Shown here one piece after another: positions 51,126 through 60,369 of a stretch of DNA of 64,000 nucleotides; position 1 is the first letter of the stretch, and every line of letters begins with the position of its first letter. Under the pieces are notes generated by a model. The model saw only the letters and a list, made by a program, of their open reading frames with translations. It did no database searches and was not told the origin of the DNA. Both the position numbers and the translations under genes were made by a program. This stretch comes from an uncultured Gammaproteobacteria bacterium (lineage in GTDB: Bacteria > Patescibacteriota > Microgenomatia > Levybacterales > UBA12049): the NCBI GenBank assembly GCA_964474445.1, contig CAYYSJ010000001.1:14530-78529 (forward strand). Direction: 5' to 3'.

Positions 51126-52379
51126 ATGGAAAATGATATAGCAAAAAAGAACAAACCATTTTACACAAACATATGGTTTTTCACTACTCTTTTCTGTTTT
51201 ATCACAATGGTACTTGTCTTACTTGGACTTTGGATAGAACTTCAAGCTCGTTATCCAACAACTTCTCCTCTTAATACGCTTTCCTATATTGTATACAGTA
51301 AACAACATTTGCACATACCTATGAGCAAACAGACGATCGCGTTTTTACCTTACTGGAAGCTATCTGACGCAAAATATACACGGTTTGATTTACTCTCAGA
51401 TATTAGTTATTTTTCATTAACAATTGATGAGAAGGGGAACTTTATACAGAAAAAAGAAAATCATAGTGAGCCGGGATGGCAAGCCTGGAATAGTCAAACG
51501 GTAAAAGATTTAATAGCAAAAACACAAATTACGGGAAATACATTTTCACTAACGCTTGCGAATCAAAAGAATAAGACAATTGAAACTTTTTTACAGGATA
51601 AAACTGCCCAACAACATCTCATTAATAACACCCTCAAGCAAATTACTTCCAGGCACTTGAATGGTGTTACTCTTGACTTTGAATATGAGGGTCAACCTGA
51701 TGGCACATACAGTAATGCTTTTACCCAGTTTGCTTCGAATTTTGCAACAACACTCCATAAAAAAGCACCAGGGGTAAGGCTGAACCTCACACTTCTTCCT
51801 CTTTCAGGAAGAGAAAAGGGATTATTTGATTTGCCAGCAATTGTGCCATTATTTGATCGATTTATTGGGATGAGTTATGACTATTATGCGCTTGGATCAG
51901 ATGTTGCTGGCCCAATTGCACCTATGAATGGTTTTAAAGAGAATAAATTTTTCTTTGATGTGACAACAACCTATGAGGACTATATGAAATATATTCCAAA
52001 AGAGAAAATTGTGATGGGTATTCCTTACTATGGCTATGATTGGGCAGTTACTGATGGGAAAAAGATCCAAAGCGCAACATTCCCCCAAAGTGATCCAAAT
52101 AATTACGTTGCTGCCATTTCCTATGCAAAGGTAAAAGATGATACTGATATCAAACAAGATCAATGCATGTGGGATGACTATGCAAAAGAACCGTGGTGTT
52201 GGTATACAGATAGTCATCAGGTTGATCATCAGGTATGGTTTGAAAATAATGAATCAATAAAAATCAAATATCGCTTTGCACGTCAAAGTAACTTTGCAGG
52301 AGTTGCTATTTGGACATTGGGATACGATAAAAATTATCCTGACTTATGGAATGTTATGAAAAGCACATTAAAAAAGTAA
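51126..52379 (+). CDS. GH18 glycoside hydrolase, membrane-anchored
   Basis: FLPYW, NGVTLDFEY, MSYDY, GPIAP, GIPYYGYDW, GVAIWTLG. Confidence 0.85.
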   Translation: MENDIAKKNKPFYTNIWFFTTLFCFITMVLVLLGLWIELQARYPTTSPLNTLSYIVYSKQHLHIPMSKQTIAFLPYWKLSDAKYTRFDLLSDISYFSLTIDEKGNFIQKKENHSEPGWQAWNSQTVKDLIAKTQITGNTFSLTLANQKNKTIETFLQDKTAQQHLINNTLKQITSRHLNGVTLDFEYEGQPDGTYSNAFTQFASNFATTLHKKAPGVRLNLTLLPLSGREKGLFDLPAIVPLFDRFIGMSYDYYALGSDVAGPIAPMNGFKENKFFFDVTTTYEDYMKYIPKEKIVMGIPYYGYDWAVTDGKKIQSATFPQSDPNNYVAAISYAKVKDDTDIKQDQCMWDDYAKEPWCWYTDSHQVDHQVWFENNESIKIKYRFARQSNFAGVAIWTLGYDKNYPDLWNVMKSTLKK

Positions 52380-52397
52380 AAGCCTTAATTCCTTTGA

Positions 52398-54077
52398 TTA
52401 GGAAGCAGTGTTTTCTTTGGAGATTGGAAGGGTAAAATAAAACGTAGAACCTTTCCCTTTTTCACTTTTTACCCACATTTTTCCTCCATGTATTTTGATA
52501 ATCTCTGATGAAATATATAACCCAAGTCCTAAACCAGGAAACGTTTTATGTTGAGCTGCTTGATAAAATCGTCCAAAAATTTTTTTTACCTCCTCTTTTG
52601 CAATACCCATACCAAAGTCTTGTACATACATCTCTATATAATCGCCTCTCTTGTGAGATCCAACAAGTATCTTATCTCCTTCAGGTGAATATTTAATTGC
52701 ATTAGTAACAAGATTAATGATAACTTGCCGTATTCGTTCTTTATCTGCATGTACTGGTAGATTTGTATGCCAGTCTAGTATAAGTTTCTGTTGTGTGAGT
52801 GGTTGTAAAGTTTCAATGACTTCTTCAGCAAGTTCTTTGACAAAAAACTGTTGTGTATATAATGCTAATTTTCCTCGTTGCATTCGTGTTACATCAAGCA
52901 GTTCATTAATCAGTCCTGATAACATATCAATTTGTATATTAATTTTTTCAATGAATTTTTTCATGTCAAGATCTTTATTTTTTGCAAGTTTCTTATCGAG
53001 CACTTGCGCAAAAACTTTCAAACTGGTAAGGGGAGTTTTTAACTCATGGGATGCCATAGAAATAAGATCATTTTTCTGTTTTTCCAACTGCTTTCTCTTT
53101 TCCAATTCTTTTTGAGATGCTTCATAAAGTTTTGCATTCTCCATGGCAAGTGACGCTCGATTTGCAAGTTCTTCTGCCATTGTCAGATCAGCATCTGAAT
53201 ACTGTTTTCCTGATTCTGCTGTTACAAAGGTAATAGCCCCCAAGGGTTTCCCAGAAACAATAAGCGGGACAATCATTGCAGAAGTAAAACCTATTTTTCT
53301 CATAATTTTTAACTGTTCCTCGTCTCGTGCATTTGTAACAAGCATATCGTCAGTGATCACTGAGTATATCTCAGATTTTCCTGTACGCATCACTTGAGGT
53401 ATTCCTGCGGTATGATTGATATCAATAGGATATTTTTCTCGTAACTTTTTCGCCCATATCGTTTTTTCTGGATCTTTATGAGCAATTGCTACAGACTCGA
53501 AATCACTCTTTTTGTTTAGCAATTCAACAGTACACCAATCAGCAATATGTGGTACTGCAAGCTTTGTCACATTTGCCAATGTTGTTTTATAATTAAGAGA
53601 AGATGAAAGAATTTTACTCGCCTCAGATAAAAATTTTAAATTTCCTTTTAACCGTTTTCGATCAGTAATTTGTCGAGTGATTTTTGCAGCTCCGACAATT
53701 TCTCCTTCTGCATTTCGAATTGGAGATACTGATAAGGAAACATCAATAGAAGCACCTAACTTTGTTAGTCTGACTGTTTCATAATGGTTAATGTGTTTTC
53801 CTTTTTTTATATTTTTCAGAATTGCTGATTCTTCTTCTTGTATCTCTTGAGGAATAACTGAGGACATGTGCTTTCCAAGTACTTCATTTGCAGTATATCC
53901 GTACATTTCTTCAGCTGCTTTGTTCCAACTAAGGATATACCCATCGACTGTTTCACCAATAATGGCATCGTCAGAAAATTCAACGATTGCTGCGAGAAAG
54001 GCTACTTCAGGGAATGGTTTCTCTCGAATTTTTTCTCCCCAACTCTCATGGAGTAATTCCATTAATTTTTCATCCAT
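52398..54077 (-). CDS. PAS-GAF sensor histidine kinase (cytoplasmic)
   Basis: PAS (SDDAI, WN.AAE.MYGY), GAF (ADWC, A.ELA.R.SLA.ENA), ASHELKTPLT, NL.TNAIKYS, D.G.GI, GLGLGL. Confidence 0.93.
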   Translation of the reverse strand: MDEKLMELLHESWGEKIREKPFPEVAFLAAIVEFSDDAIIGETVDGYILSWNKAAEEMYGYTANEVLGKHMSSVIPQEIQEEESAILKNIKKGKHINHYETVRLTKLGASIDVSLSVSPIRNAEGEIVGAAKITRQITDRKRLKGNLKFLSEASKILSSSLNYKTTLANVTKLAVPHIADWCTVELLNKKSDFESVAIAHKDPEKTIWAKKLREKYPIDINHTAGIPQVMRTGKSEIYSVITDDMLVTNARDEEQLKIMRKIGFTSAMIVPLIVSGKPLGAITFVTAESGKQYSDADLTMAEELANRASLAMENAKLYEASQKELEKRKQLEKQKNDLISMASHELKTPLTSLKVFAQVLDKKLAKNKDLDMKKFIEKINIQIDMLSGLINELLDVTRMQRGKLALYTQQFFVKELAEEVIETLQPLTQQKLILDWHTNLPVHADKERIRQVIINLVTNAIKYSPEGDKILVGSHKRGDYIEMYVQDFGMGIAKEEVKKIFGRFYQAAQHKTFPGLGLGLYISSEIIKIHGGKMWVKSEKGKGSTFYFTLPISKENTAS

Positions 54078-54390
54078 TTGCCATTTACAATATAGCAAAT
54101 ATTACAAGCATATAAGCAGAATATAGTATATCCTTACCAGTTTATTACAGAAACATTACTCTATATGAATGTTCTCATGATTCATGGTTGAAGCCTCTGT
54201 CTCATACGCTGCTTGGCTATAGGTATACTTCTTCCCTATAGTTCTTCTAACCCCTCGTTCCTTTGTTCCATACATTTCTTACAGAGGAATATCCTATTTT
54301 CAAGATATTTCTTACATATTTCTTACTTGCTTGCATTTTTGCTCTTACCTCTCTTTCGTACACTTCTTACAAATAGTTATAGGTTTTCCT

Positions 54391-55563
54391 ATGATCTCAC
54401 CACAACAATTGAAAAAGTTACATGAGGCAGGACAGCGCTTTCTTGCGCCTCTTACCCCGTATGAGACGTATGTTGCACTTGTTGAAGAAGGTATACGACT
54501 AAGTAAAGCAACATGGGGGTCAGTATTCATTCCTGACAAACAGAGTTTTAAAAAAGTATATGCCTCCCTCCCCTCTCTTATTGCTGTAAGACCTCGTAAA
54601 AAAGGGACAGTATATAAAGCATTTTCCACACGAAAGTCGGTTATTTATACAAAGAAACAAGTTTATTTTTTAAAAAAGTATCATCCTGAATTTCACGATC
54701 TACCGGTAAAATCAGCTGTTATGATTCCTATTTCCTATGGAAGAGAAGCTATGGGTGTTTTGTGCTTACAAGCAACAAAGGAAAATCATTTTTCAAAAGA
54801 GCTCATACAGATTCTTGAAATTTTCGGGTCTATGGCATTTATCTGCATAAGAAAGACACATCTTTACGAGCAGGTACAAAAAGCACTTGAGTTGCGGGAT
54901 CTCTTTATCTCGATTGCTTCTCACGAGCTAAAGACTCCATTAACCGCTGCTACGTTATACAGTGATTTACTCAAGAGTAAACTGCAGGCAAAAGCTTTGC
55001 CTGAAATGAAGCTTTCAGAGTCGCTCTCTCATGAAATTTCACGTCTCAAGCGTCTTATTAATGATCTTCTCCAGATAGAACACATTAAGAAAGGTAGTCT
55101 GCATTACGAGTGGGAGAAATGCAGTATGCAACACGTTATTAAGGAGGCAGTTGAGGAGTTTACTCATCTGTATCCTTTTTATAAAGTATCTATTAAATAT
55201 CACTTATATAAAGGACTTGATACGATTGTTGGTGACTTTGACAAGCTGCTTCAGGTCATTACTAATCTTTTGACCAATGCAGCTAGATATTCAACTCCAG
55301 AGGATTCGATAACAGTTGTATTGGAAGAACAAGACAACACGATTGTTATCCACGTTATCGATAAAGGGAAAGGTATTCCTCAATCAGATATTCCAAACAT
55401 TTTTGAAAAGTTTTATAAAGGTGAAAATAGTTCCCATGAAGGAATGGGACTTGGGCTCTATCTTACTAAAAACATCGTTGATAATCATGGTGGAGCAATT
55501 ACTGTTGATTCAAAATTACATAAAGGAACAACTTTCTCAGTAAAACTTCCAAAATATCTATGA
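54391..55563 (+). CDS. GAF sensor histidine kinase (cytoplasmic)
   Basis: GAF-like N-terminus, ASHELKTPLT, NLLTNAARYS, DKGKGI, GMGLGL. Confidence 0.9.
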   Translation: MISPQQLKKLHEAGQRFLAPLTPYETYVALVEEGIRLSKATWGSVFIPDKQSFKKVYASLPSLIAVRPRKKGTVYKAFSTRKSVIYTKKQVYFLKKYHPEFHDLPVKSAVMIPISYGREAMGVLCLQATKENHFSKELIQILEIFGSMAFICIRKTHLYEQVQKALELRDLFISIASHELKTPLTAATLYSDLLKSKLQAKALPEMKLSESLSHEISRLKRLINDLLQIEHIKKGSLHYEWEKCSMQHVIKEAVEEFTHLYPFYKVSIKYHLYKGLDTIVGDFDKLLQVITNLLTNAARYSTPEDSITVVLEEQDNTIVIHVIDKGKGIPQSDIPNIFEKFYKGENSSHEGMGLGLYLTKNIVDNHGGAITVDSKLHKGTTFSVKLPKYL

Positions 55564-56510
55564 GAGGATTTGAAACACAACGAGTCCCAACGCCTTCAGA
55601 AATGGTTCATAACATTGTAAGTGGTTATGTTCGTCATCATCCATTCCTTAGAAATTTTGATACTGCTATTCATGAGAAGAAAAGAAGAAAGAAAAAAGCT
55701 GTTGAACGAATGATTCTTGATATTCTCCGTCCTCATTCACAAGTTTCATTTCTTTTATATATAGGACTTCCCGGTACTGGGAAAACGACACTTGCTGATG
55801 CAGTAGCTGATGCAGTTGAAGGTGCATCACTGAGAATGGTAGAGGTTCAGCGGTGGTATTTTAGTGATTATAGAACTCGTGCTATTGAACAATTACATTC
55901 ACAAGGAAAGGAACCAACAAAAGAAGCAGAAACGGAATTAGCAACTCAGATGATGACACGGGATGCGTTACGCATTATTGATGAAGGACCATATAATGCT
56001 CAAAGAAGACGTGTTGTCATTGCTGAAATGCCTGTCTATCCAGTCGATCATAGACAACGAGGACTTGATTTAGTGAGGGCTATCGGTGAAAAAGAAAGAG
56101 GTGTTCCCTATAGAGAAAGAAGAGCACGAGTAAATGGGATAAAGCCGGATTTGGCAGTTATTAAAAATGGTATTGTAACAAGACTTTTAAAAATGTCTTC
56201 TGGAGGTTCTCCAGAAATGCTCATGGAGATTGCATATAAGGCGTATGGGGGAGCACTTCTCTTTCGGTTACTGGAACCAAAGTTATTTGTGATGCTAAAT
56301 CGCTTAGTAAAAGACACACACGGATTTCAAGTCTGGCGAAGAAATTCTCCGGAAGAGCAAGCAGCAAAGGTGATTACGCTAAGAATGTTAGCAATTTTGC
56401 GGAATGCAGGGTTATATGGCCCCCTTAGTACGATTCTCATGAATCCTGCTCGAATGGGTTTGGAACGATTATCTCGAGTTACTCCTCAGAAACACGTTGT
56501 AGAACAATAA
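55560..56510 (+). CDS. hypothetical P-loop protein
   Basis: GLPGTGKT Walker A; ATGA overlap with the kinase stop. Confidence 0.65.
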   Translation: MRGFETQRVPTPSEMVHNIVSGYVRHHPFLRNFDTAIHEKKRRKKKAVERMILDILRPHSQVSFLLYIGLPGTGKTTLADAVADAVEGASLRMVEVQRWYFSDYRTRAIEQLHSQGKEPTKEAETELATQMMTRDALRIIDEGPYNAQRRRVVIAEMPVYPVDHRQRGLDLVRAIGEKERGVPYRERRARVNGIKPDLAVIKNGIVTRLLKMSSGGSPEMLMEIAYKAYGGALLFRLLEPKLFVMLNRLVKDTHGFQVWRRNSPEEQAAKVITLRMLAILRNAGLYGPLSTILMNPARMGLERLSRVTPQKHVVEQ

Positions 56511-56557
56511 TTTGCTTATTGCTTTTTTGTCTCCTTGATTGCTATAGTAGAATTCCT

Positions 56558-57022
56558 ATGGATGATCAAACACCAGAACAAGAAGTCGTAGATGCTGAAA
56601 TTGTTGCTACGCAAACTCCTACACCTGCTGCAGATCAAGTAACAGTTCTGTTAAGTCTTGAACAACTTATTAAAAGTCATATTGCAAGTATTGATAAACT
56701 GAGAGAAGAATCCCGAAAGCATAAACAAATGCTTGAGGATGCTTTCCTGAATGATCCTGTTTACCAAGAACATTTAAAAATAGCAAAAGAAGCAACCAAA
56801 CAAAAATCAACAACCAAACAAAATATTATGCATCAACCTGCAAATGTACAGCTTTCAAATAAGATAAAAGAAATGTCTGCAGAATTAAAAGATAAACAAA
56901 TGGCATTGTCTGATTACTTGCTTGAATATCAACGAATGACAGGAGTCAATGAAATTGAAGGAGAAGATGGTGAAGTACGAGAAATAGTCAATACTGCACG
57001 GGTAGTAAAAAAGACCAAATAA
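56558..57022 (+). CDS. conserved hypothetical coiled-coil protein
   Basis: Helical ORF ending ALSDYL.EY.RMTG...IEG.DGE. Confidence 0.7.
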   Translation: MDDQTPEQEVVDAEIVATQTPTPAADQVTVLLSLEQLIKSHIASIDKLREESRKHKQMLEDAFLNDPVYQEHLKIAKEATKQKSTTKQNIMHQPANVQLSNKIKEMSAELKDKQMALSDYLLEYQRMTGVNEIEGEDGEVREIVNTARVVKKTK

Positions 57023-57154
57023 GCAATATCCATATACTTCATATACCAGATAAGCCAATACAATAAAAATTAACCAAAAGACTTGTATGCCTCTTGCCTA
57101 GTTCTTACTGCTTTTTAAGTGCGTATTGTTAATCCTTTGGTAGATTTCGTGAGT

Positions 57155-57718
57155 ATGAGAGTAGCTTTTGTAGCAGTACTCCTTGTTCCAGTTGCAATCA
57201 TAGGAGGGCTACTTGGCTATTATCTTGGATACCAACATTTGCTACCCCGAATTTCATTTGTTCCCATTGTATCACCCACCCCTGTCCCCTCTCGAGTTGG
57301 GGGTGCAGCAGCAACCCCAGAAGCAACTGTATCTGCTACACTGAGCCCTTCTGTTTCACCAACTCCATCAGTTGCTCCTGCAACAGTTGTGGACTCTTTT
57401 ATGAAAAGTTTTACGCAAATAAAAACAACAACGGCAAATGATCCAAATGCGCAAAATGCAGTACAATTCTTAACAAAAGATGCACAAAAAGTTGTGGCGC
57501 AAGAATCAACAAATAACAGTCTTGCATCTGGTCTTGCAAAATTTGCAGGGGTACAAAGTCTTCCAGATGGAGGTTATACTATTGGAAAACCAACCGTTAC
57601 AGATAATACAATTGTTATTGCAACAACATGGAATTATTTGAGTGGGCCGGTCACAAAAGTCTTTTATTTAATACAGGAAAATGGCCAATGGAAAATTGAT
57701 ACGATTCGAGATCGATAG
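57155..57718 (+). CDS. membrane-anchored protein with a Pro/Thr linker and NTF2-like C-terminal domain
   Basis: N-terminal TM, SPTP linker, C-terminal F.L..ENG.WKID. Confidence 0.65.
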   Translation: MRVAFVAVLLVPVAIIGGLLGYYLGYQHLLPRISFVPIVSPTPVPSRVGGAAATPEATVSATLSPSVSPTPSVAPATVVDSFMKSFTQIKTTTANDPNAQNAVQFLTKDAQKVVAQESTNNSLASGLAKFAGVQSLPDGGYTIGKPTVTDNTIVIATTWNYLSGPVTKVFYLIQENGQWKIDTIRDR

Positions 57719-57808
57719 TATTTCATAGAAATAAGCTCTCCCTCGTTCTATTCTTTCAACTCTCTCACTTCCCTTTGTCTACACTCTCAAGTACTACCAT
57801 TACTCTCA

Positions 57809-58528
57809 ATGTCGGAAAGTGGGGTGATAAATGTGCAAAAAACAGTTATTGGCATTTTCTCCTCTGAAGAAGATGCACAGACGGCTGTGGAAGATTTAGA
57901 GACAGCAGGATACGAAACAAAAGACATTTCTATCATGATGAAAAACAGAACCAGCGCTGAAAGATTTGCAAATGACACAGGCACAAACGTTGCAAACAGT
58001 GCAGTATCTGGTGCAGTCACAGGAGGTGTGATTGGAGGAATAGCAGGACTTCTTATTGGCATTGGAGCGATTGCTGTCCCAGGCATTGGAGCACTTCTTA
58101 TTGGTGGTCCTATTGCAACCGCGTTAGGTGTAACAGGTGCTGCTGCAACAACCGTGTCTGGTGCGACAACCGGTATCCTTGCAGGTGGTCTTATTGGTGC
58201 ACTAATGGGGCTTGGTGTGCCTCGTGAAGATGCAGCAGTCTATGAGGAACGTATAAAACAGGGAGGCATTCTTGTAGCAATTCCCGCTCAAGAAGGAAGA
58301 GAAGAGGATGTAATGGCTATTCTTGAAGATAATGGTGCTGACCAAATTCGTGCAATTGAAGCATCGATTCCCTCTGAAAGTGCTCGCGAAGAAGTCTATG
58401 AAGACCCGGTCTCTTCTCAAAATGGGTCATATGAGTACACACAATTAGGCATAAAAGGTGGTAAAAGCAGGGCAGCTTCGAAAAAGACTTCTCCAGAGAG
58501 AAAAACACGTGTAAGAAAAAAAACATAA
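57809..58528 (+). CDS. general stress protein (YflT/DUF1269-like glycine zipper)
   Basis: IGIF....A..AV..L...GY...DIS, GA.TGG..GG..GLL, IPGIG...GGP, G.P.E.A..YE..I..GGILV. Confidence 0.8.
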   Translation: MSESGVINVQKTVIGIFSSEEDAQTAVEDLETAGYETKDISIMMKNRTSAERFANDTGTNVANSAVSGAVTGGVIGGIAGLLIGIGAIAVPGIGALLIGGPIATALGVTGAAATTVSGATTGILAGGLIGALMGLGVPREDAAVYEERIKQGGILVAIPAQEGREEDVMAILEDNGADQIRAIEASIPSESAREEVYEDPVSSQNGSYEYTQLGIKGGKSRAASKKTSPERKTRVRKKT

Positions 58529-58553
58529 GGGAAAATCTTTCAACGTTTCCCCT

Positions 58554-58578
58554 ACCCAAGCCCCTACTTGGGGTTTTT
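58554..58578 (+). terminator. intrinsic terminator
   Basis: CCCAAG-loop-CTTGGG followed by GTTTTT. Confidence 0.55.
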
Positions 58579-58684
58579 CTACCTTGGGACCTTTACCTTT
58601 CTTACACTTCTCTTACATTTTTATACTCGATCTTTTACTTTAAGCATTTAGAATCGGAAATAACGTAAAGGGGGTGAATGATAT

Positions 58685-58840
58685 ATGGCAAAAGGAAAAA
58701 GAGGTTTGGCGTCAGCAGATGAAAAGACTCGTAAAAGAGTTGGACATTTAGGGGGTATCGCAAAGCACTCTCTGCGAGGTTTACAAGCAGCACCAAAACA
58801 CGTTAGACAGCGAGTAGCACGAATGGGCGGAAAGGCATAA
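58685..58840 (+). CDS. 51-aa KGG-repeat stress protein (below the ORF track cutoff)
   Basis: MAKGKRGLASADEKTRKRVGHLGGIAKHSLRGLQAAPKHVRQRVARMGGKA, two RGL.SA...R.RV...GG units; SD AAAGGGGGTGA. Confidence 0.8.
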   Translation: MAKGKRGLASADEKTRKRVGHLGGIAKHSLRGLQAAPKHVRQRVARMGGKA

Positions 58841-58859
58841 GCTTTCTGGATTCAAGACT

Positions 58860-59390
58860 TTAAAGAGGCAGAGTAACGGCTGCCTCTTTTTTGTTCACTG
58901 ATGCTATGGAAGAACTGTTTTGCATATGCTTTTCCATAATCAATTTAAAGAGTGTTGCTGTCCTATAAAAAGCTTCAGGAAAAATATCCAAATCTTCTTT
59001 TCCAACAGATATACTAATTTGAAATGTTCCTCGTGGATATTTGTTCCAATTCCAATCAGTTGTTCCGCTAAACATCACTTCTTTGTGTCCTTTGGATAGT
59101 TTTAATTGGCATAAATACTCAAGAAGAATATGTTCAAACAGATGTCCAAGTTCTGTTCGCATGACCTCAACTTTGAAAGGAATATTTCCTTCATTAAAGC
59201 ACGTTGATTTTAAAATAGTTGGAAGGAGTTGTTTTAACAGCGGAAGCGTATAAAGCATTTTCCCTGTATGAACATCTTTGGTAAATACTCTCATGATGAT
59301 AAGGGTTTTTGTTTTTGTATGACGGACATGAGAGGAGAAATAGTCTGTGGAAAAAACTGTATAATCTTGGTGAACAGAGAGTCTTGGCAT
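58860..59390 (-). CDS. stand-alone cyanophycin synthetase N-domain-like protein
   Basis: LP.I....C-x18-HLFEH..LE motif followed by G.T. Confidence 0.65.
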   Translation of the reverse strand: MPRLSVHQDYTVFSTDYFSSHVRHTKTKTLIIMRVFTKDVHTGKMLYTLPLLKQLLPTILKSTCFNEGNIPFKVEVMRTELGHLFEHILLEYLCQLKLSKGHKEVMFSGTTDWNWNKYPRGTFQISISVGKEDLDIFPEAFYRTATLFKLIMEKHMQNSSSIASVNKKEAAVTLPL

Positions 59391-59527
59391 ATTCTTGTTC
59401 TTACAAATAATTGCTATTTCTTTGCAAATTTCTTACCAAGAATATACAGAAAACCCCTTTTTGTCAAGCAAAGCGAGCAATAAAAAACACAAGAAATTCG
59501 ACATTTCTCTTTGTTTATCGTGAAGCG

Positions 59528-59872
59528 TTACGTGTTTGAAGATGATTTATTTCCCTGGCGTGCCTGTCCTCCAAGTTTACCAATTCTACTGTAGTGACTT
59601 GGTCCAAATTGTTTTTTTGTGGCATTACCACCTTTTCTTCCTAGGCTTCTATAACCATCTTTTCCAAGCATACTTTTTCTGGATTGACCCCCTTTCTGAC
59701 CAATCCGTTGGTAAAATTCACGTCCATACTCTTTTTTTGTAGCAGTTCCCCCTTGTTTTCCAATATTCTGGTAGAATCTCTTGTCATGAGTACTGGCAGT
59801 TTGTTTACCACCTTTTCTCCCTGCATCCGCTGTTGTCATTTGTCCCTTCTGGGAAGTATTGTTATTGGGCAT
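59528..59872 (-). CDS. KGG/GsiB-Em-like hydrophilic stress protein
   Basis: Five approximately 20-aa repeats (FYQ.IG.KGG); SD AAAGGGGGTGA. Confidence 0.88.
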   Translation of the reverse strand: MPNNNTSQKGQMTTADAGRKGGKQTASTHDKRFYQNIGKQGGTATKKEYGREFYQRIGQKGGQSRKSMLGKDGYRSLGRKGGNATKKQFGPSHYSRIGKLGGQARQGNKSSSNT

Positions 59873-59956
59873 AGGTCACCCCCTTTCACTACTCAAGTAT
59901 GAAAAATTGTATTCAAAGGAAAATGAAAAGTGCGTAACGATTATGCAAGAGGGAGA

Positions 59957-60328
59957 TTACTCGGATTGAGGGGTAATCGTCTGACTTACGAGTGTTAATA
60001 GAGATGACACATCAAATGGTTTAGGTAAAAATGCTGTGGCACCTGCTTCTTCTGCAGCTTTTTGTGCTGTTGGATGTGCTGAAATAATAATGACAGGAAT
60101 ATGAGATGTTTTGGTATCTTTCTTTAATTCTCTTGTTATCTCTCTGCCATCTTTTCCTGATAACAGAAGATCCAAGATAATGAGTTGGGGAGAAAATTTC
60201 TTTGCTGTCTCAAGAGCATCATCTCCTTTTACCAGTGTTTTGACATCATAATTTTCTGAGGAAAGAATAAGCTCTATTGCTTCAAGAATATGGGGATTAT
60301 CATCAACGACAAGAACTCTTTTGACCAT
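59957..60328 (-). CDS. single-domain response regulator (CheY-like)
   Basis: VVDD, ILD (phosphoacceptor), DG, SA, KPF. Confidence 0.92.
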   Translation of the reverse strand: MVKRVLVVDDNPHILEAIELILSSENYDVKTLVKGDDALETAKKFSPQLIILDLLLSGKDGREITRELKKDTKTSHIPVIIISAHPTAQKAAEEAGATAFLPKPFDVSSLLTLVSQTITPQSE

Positions 60329-60369
60329 ATGCTAATGTGTATACTATAGTATACGACAAATCTTCCTAA

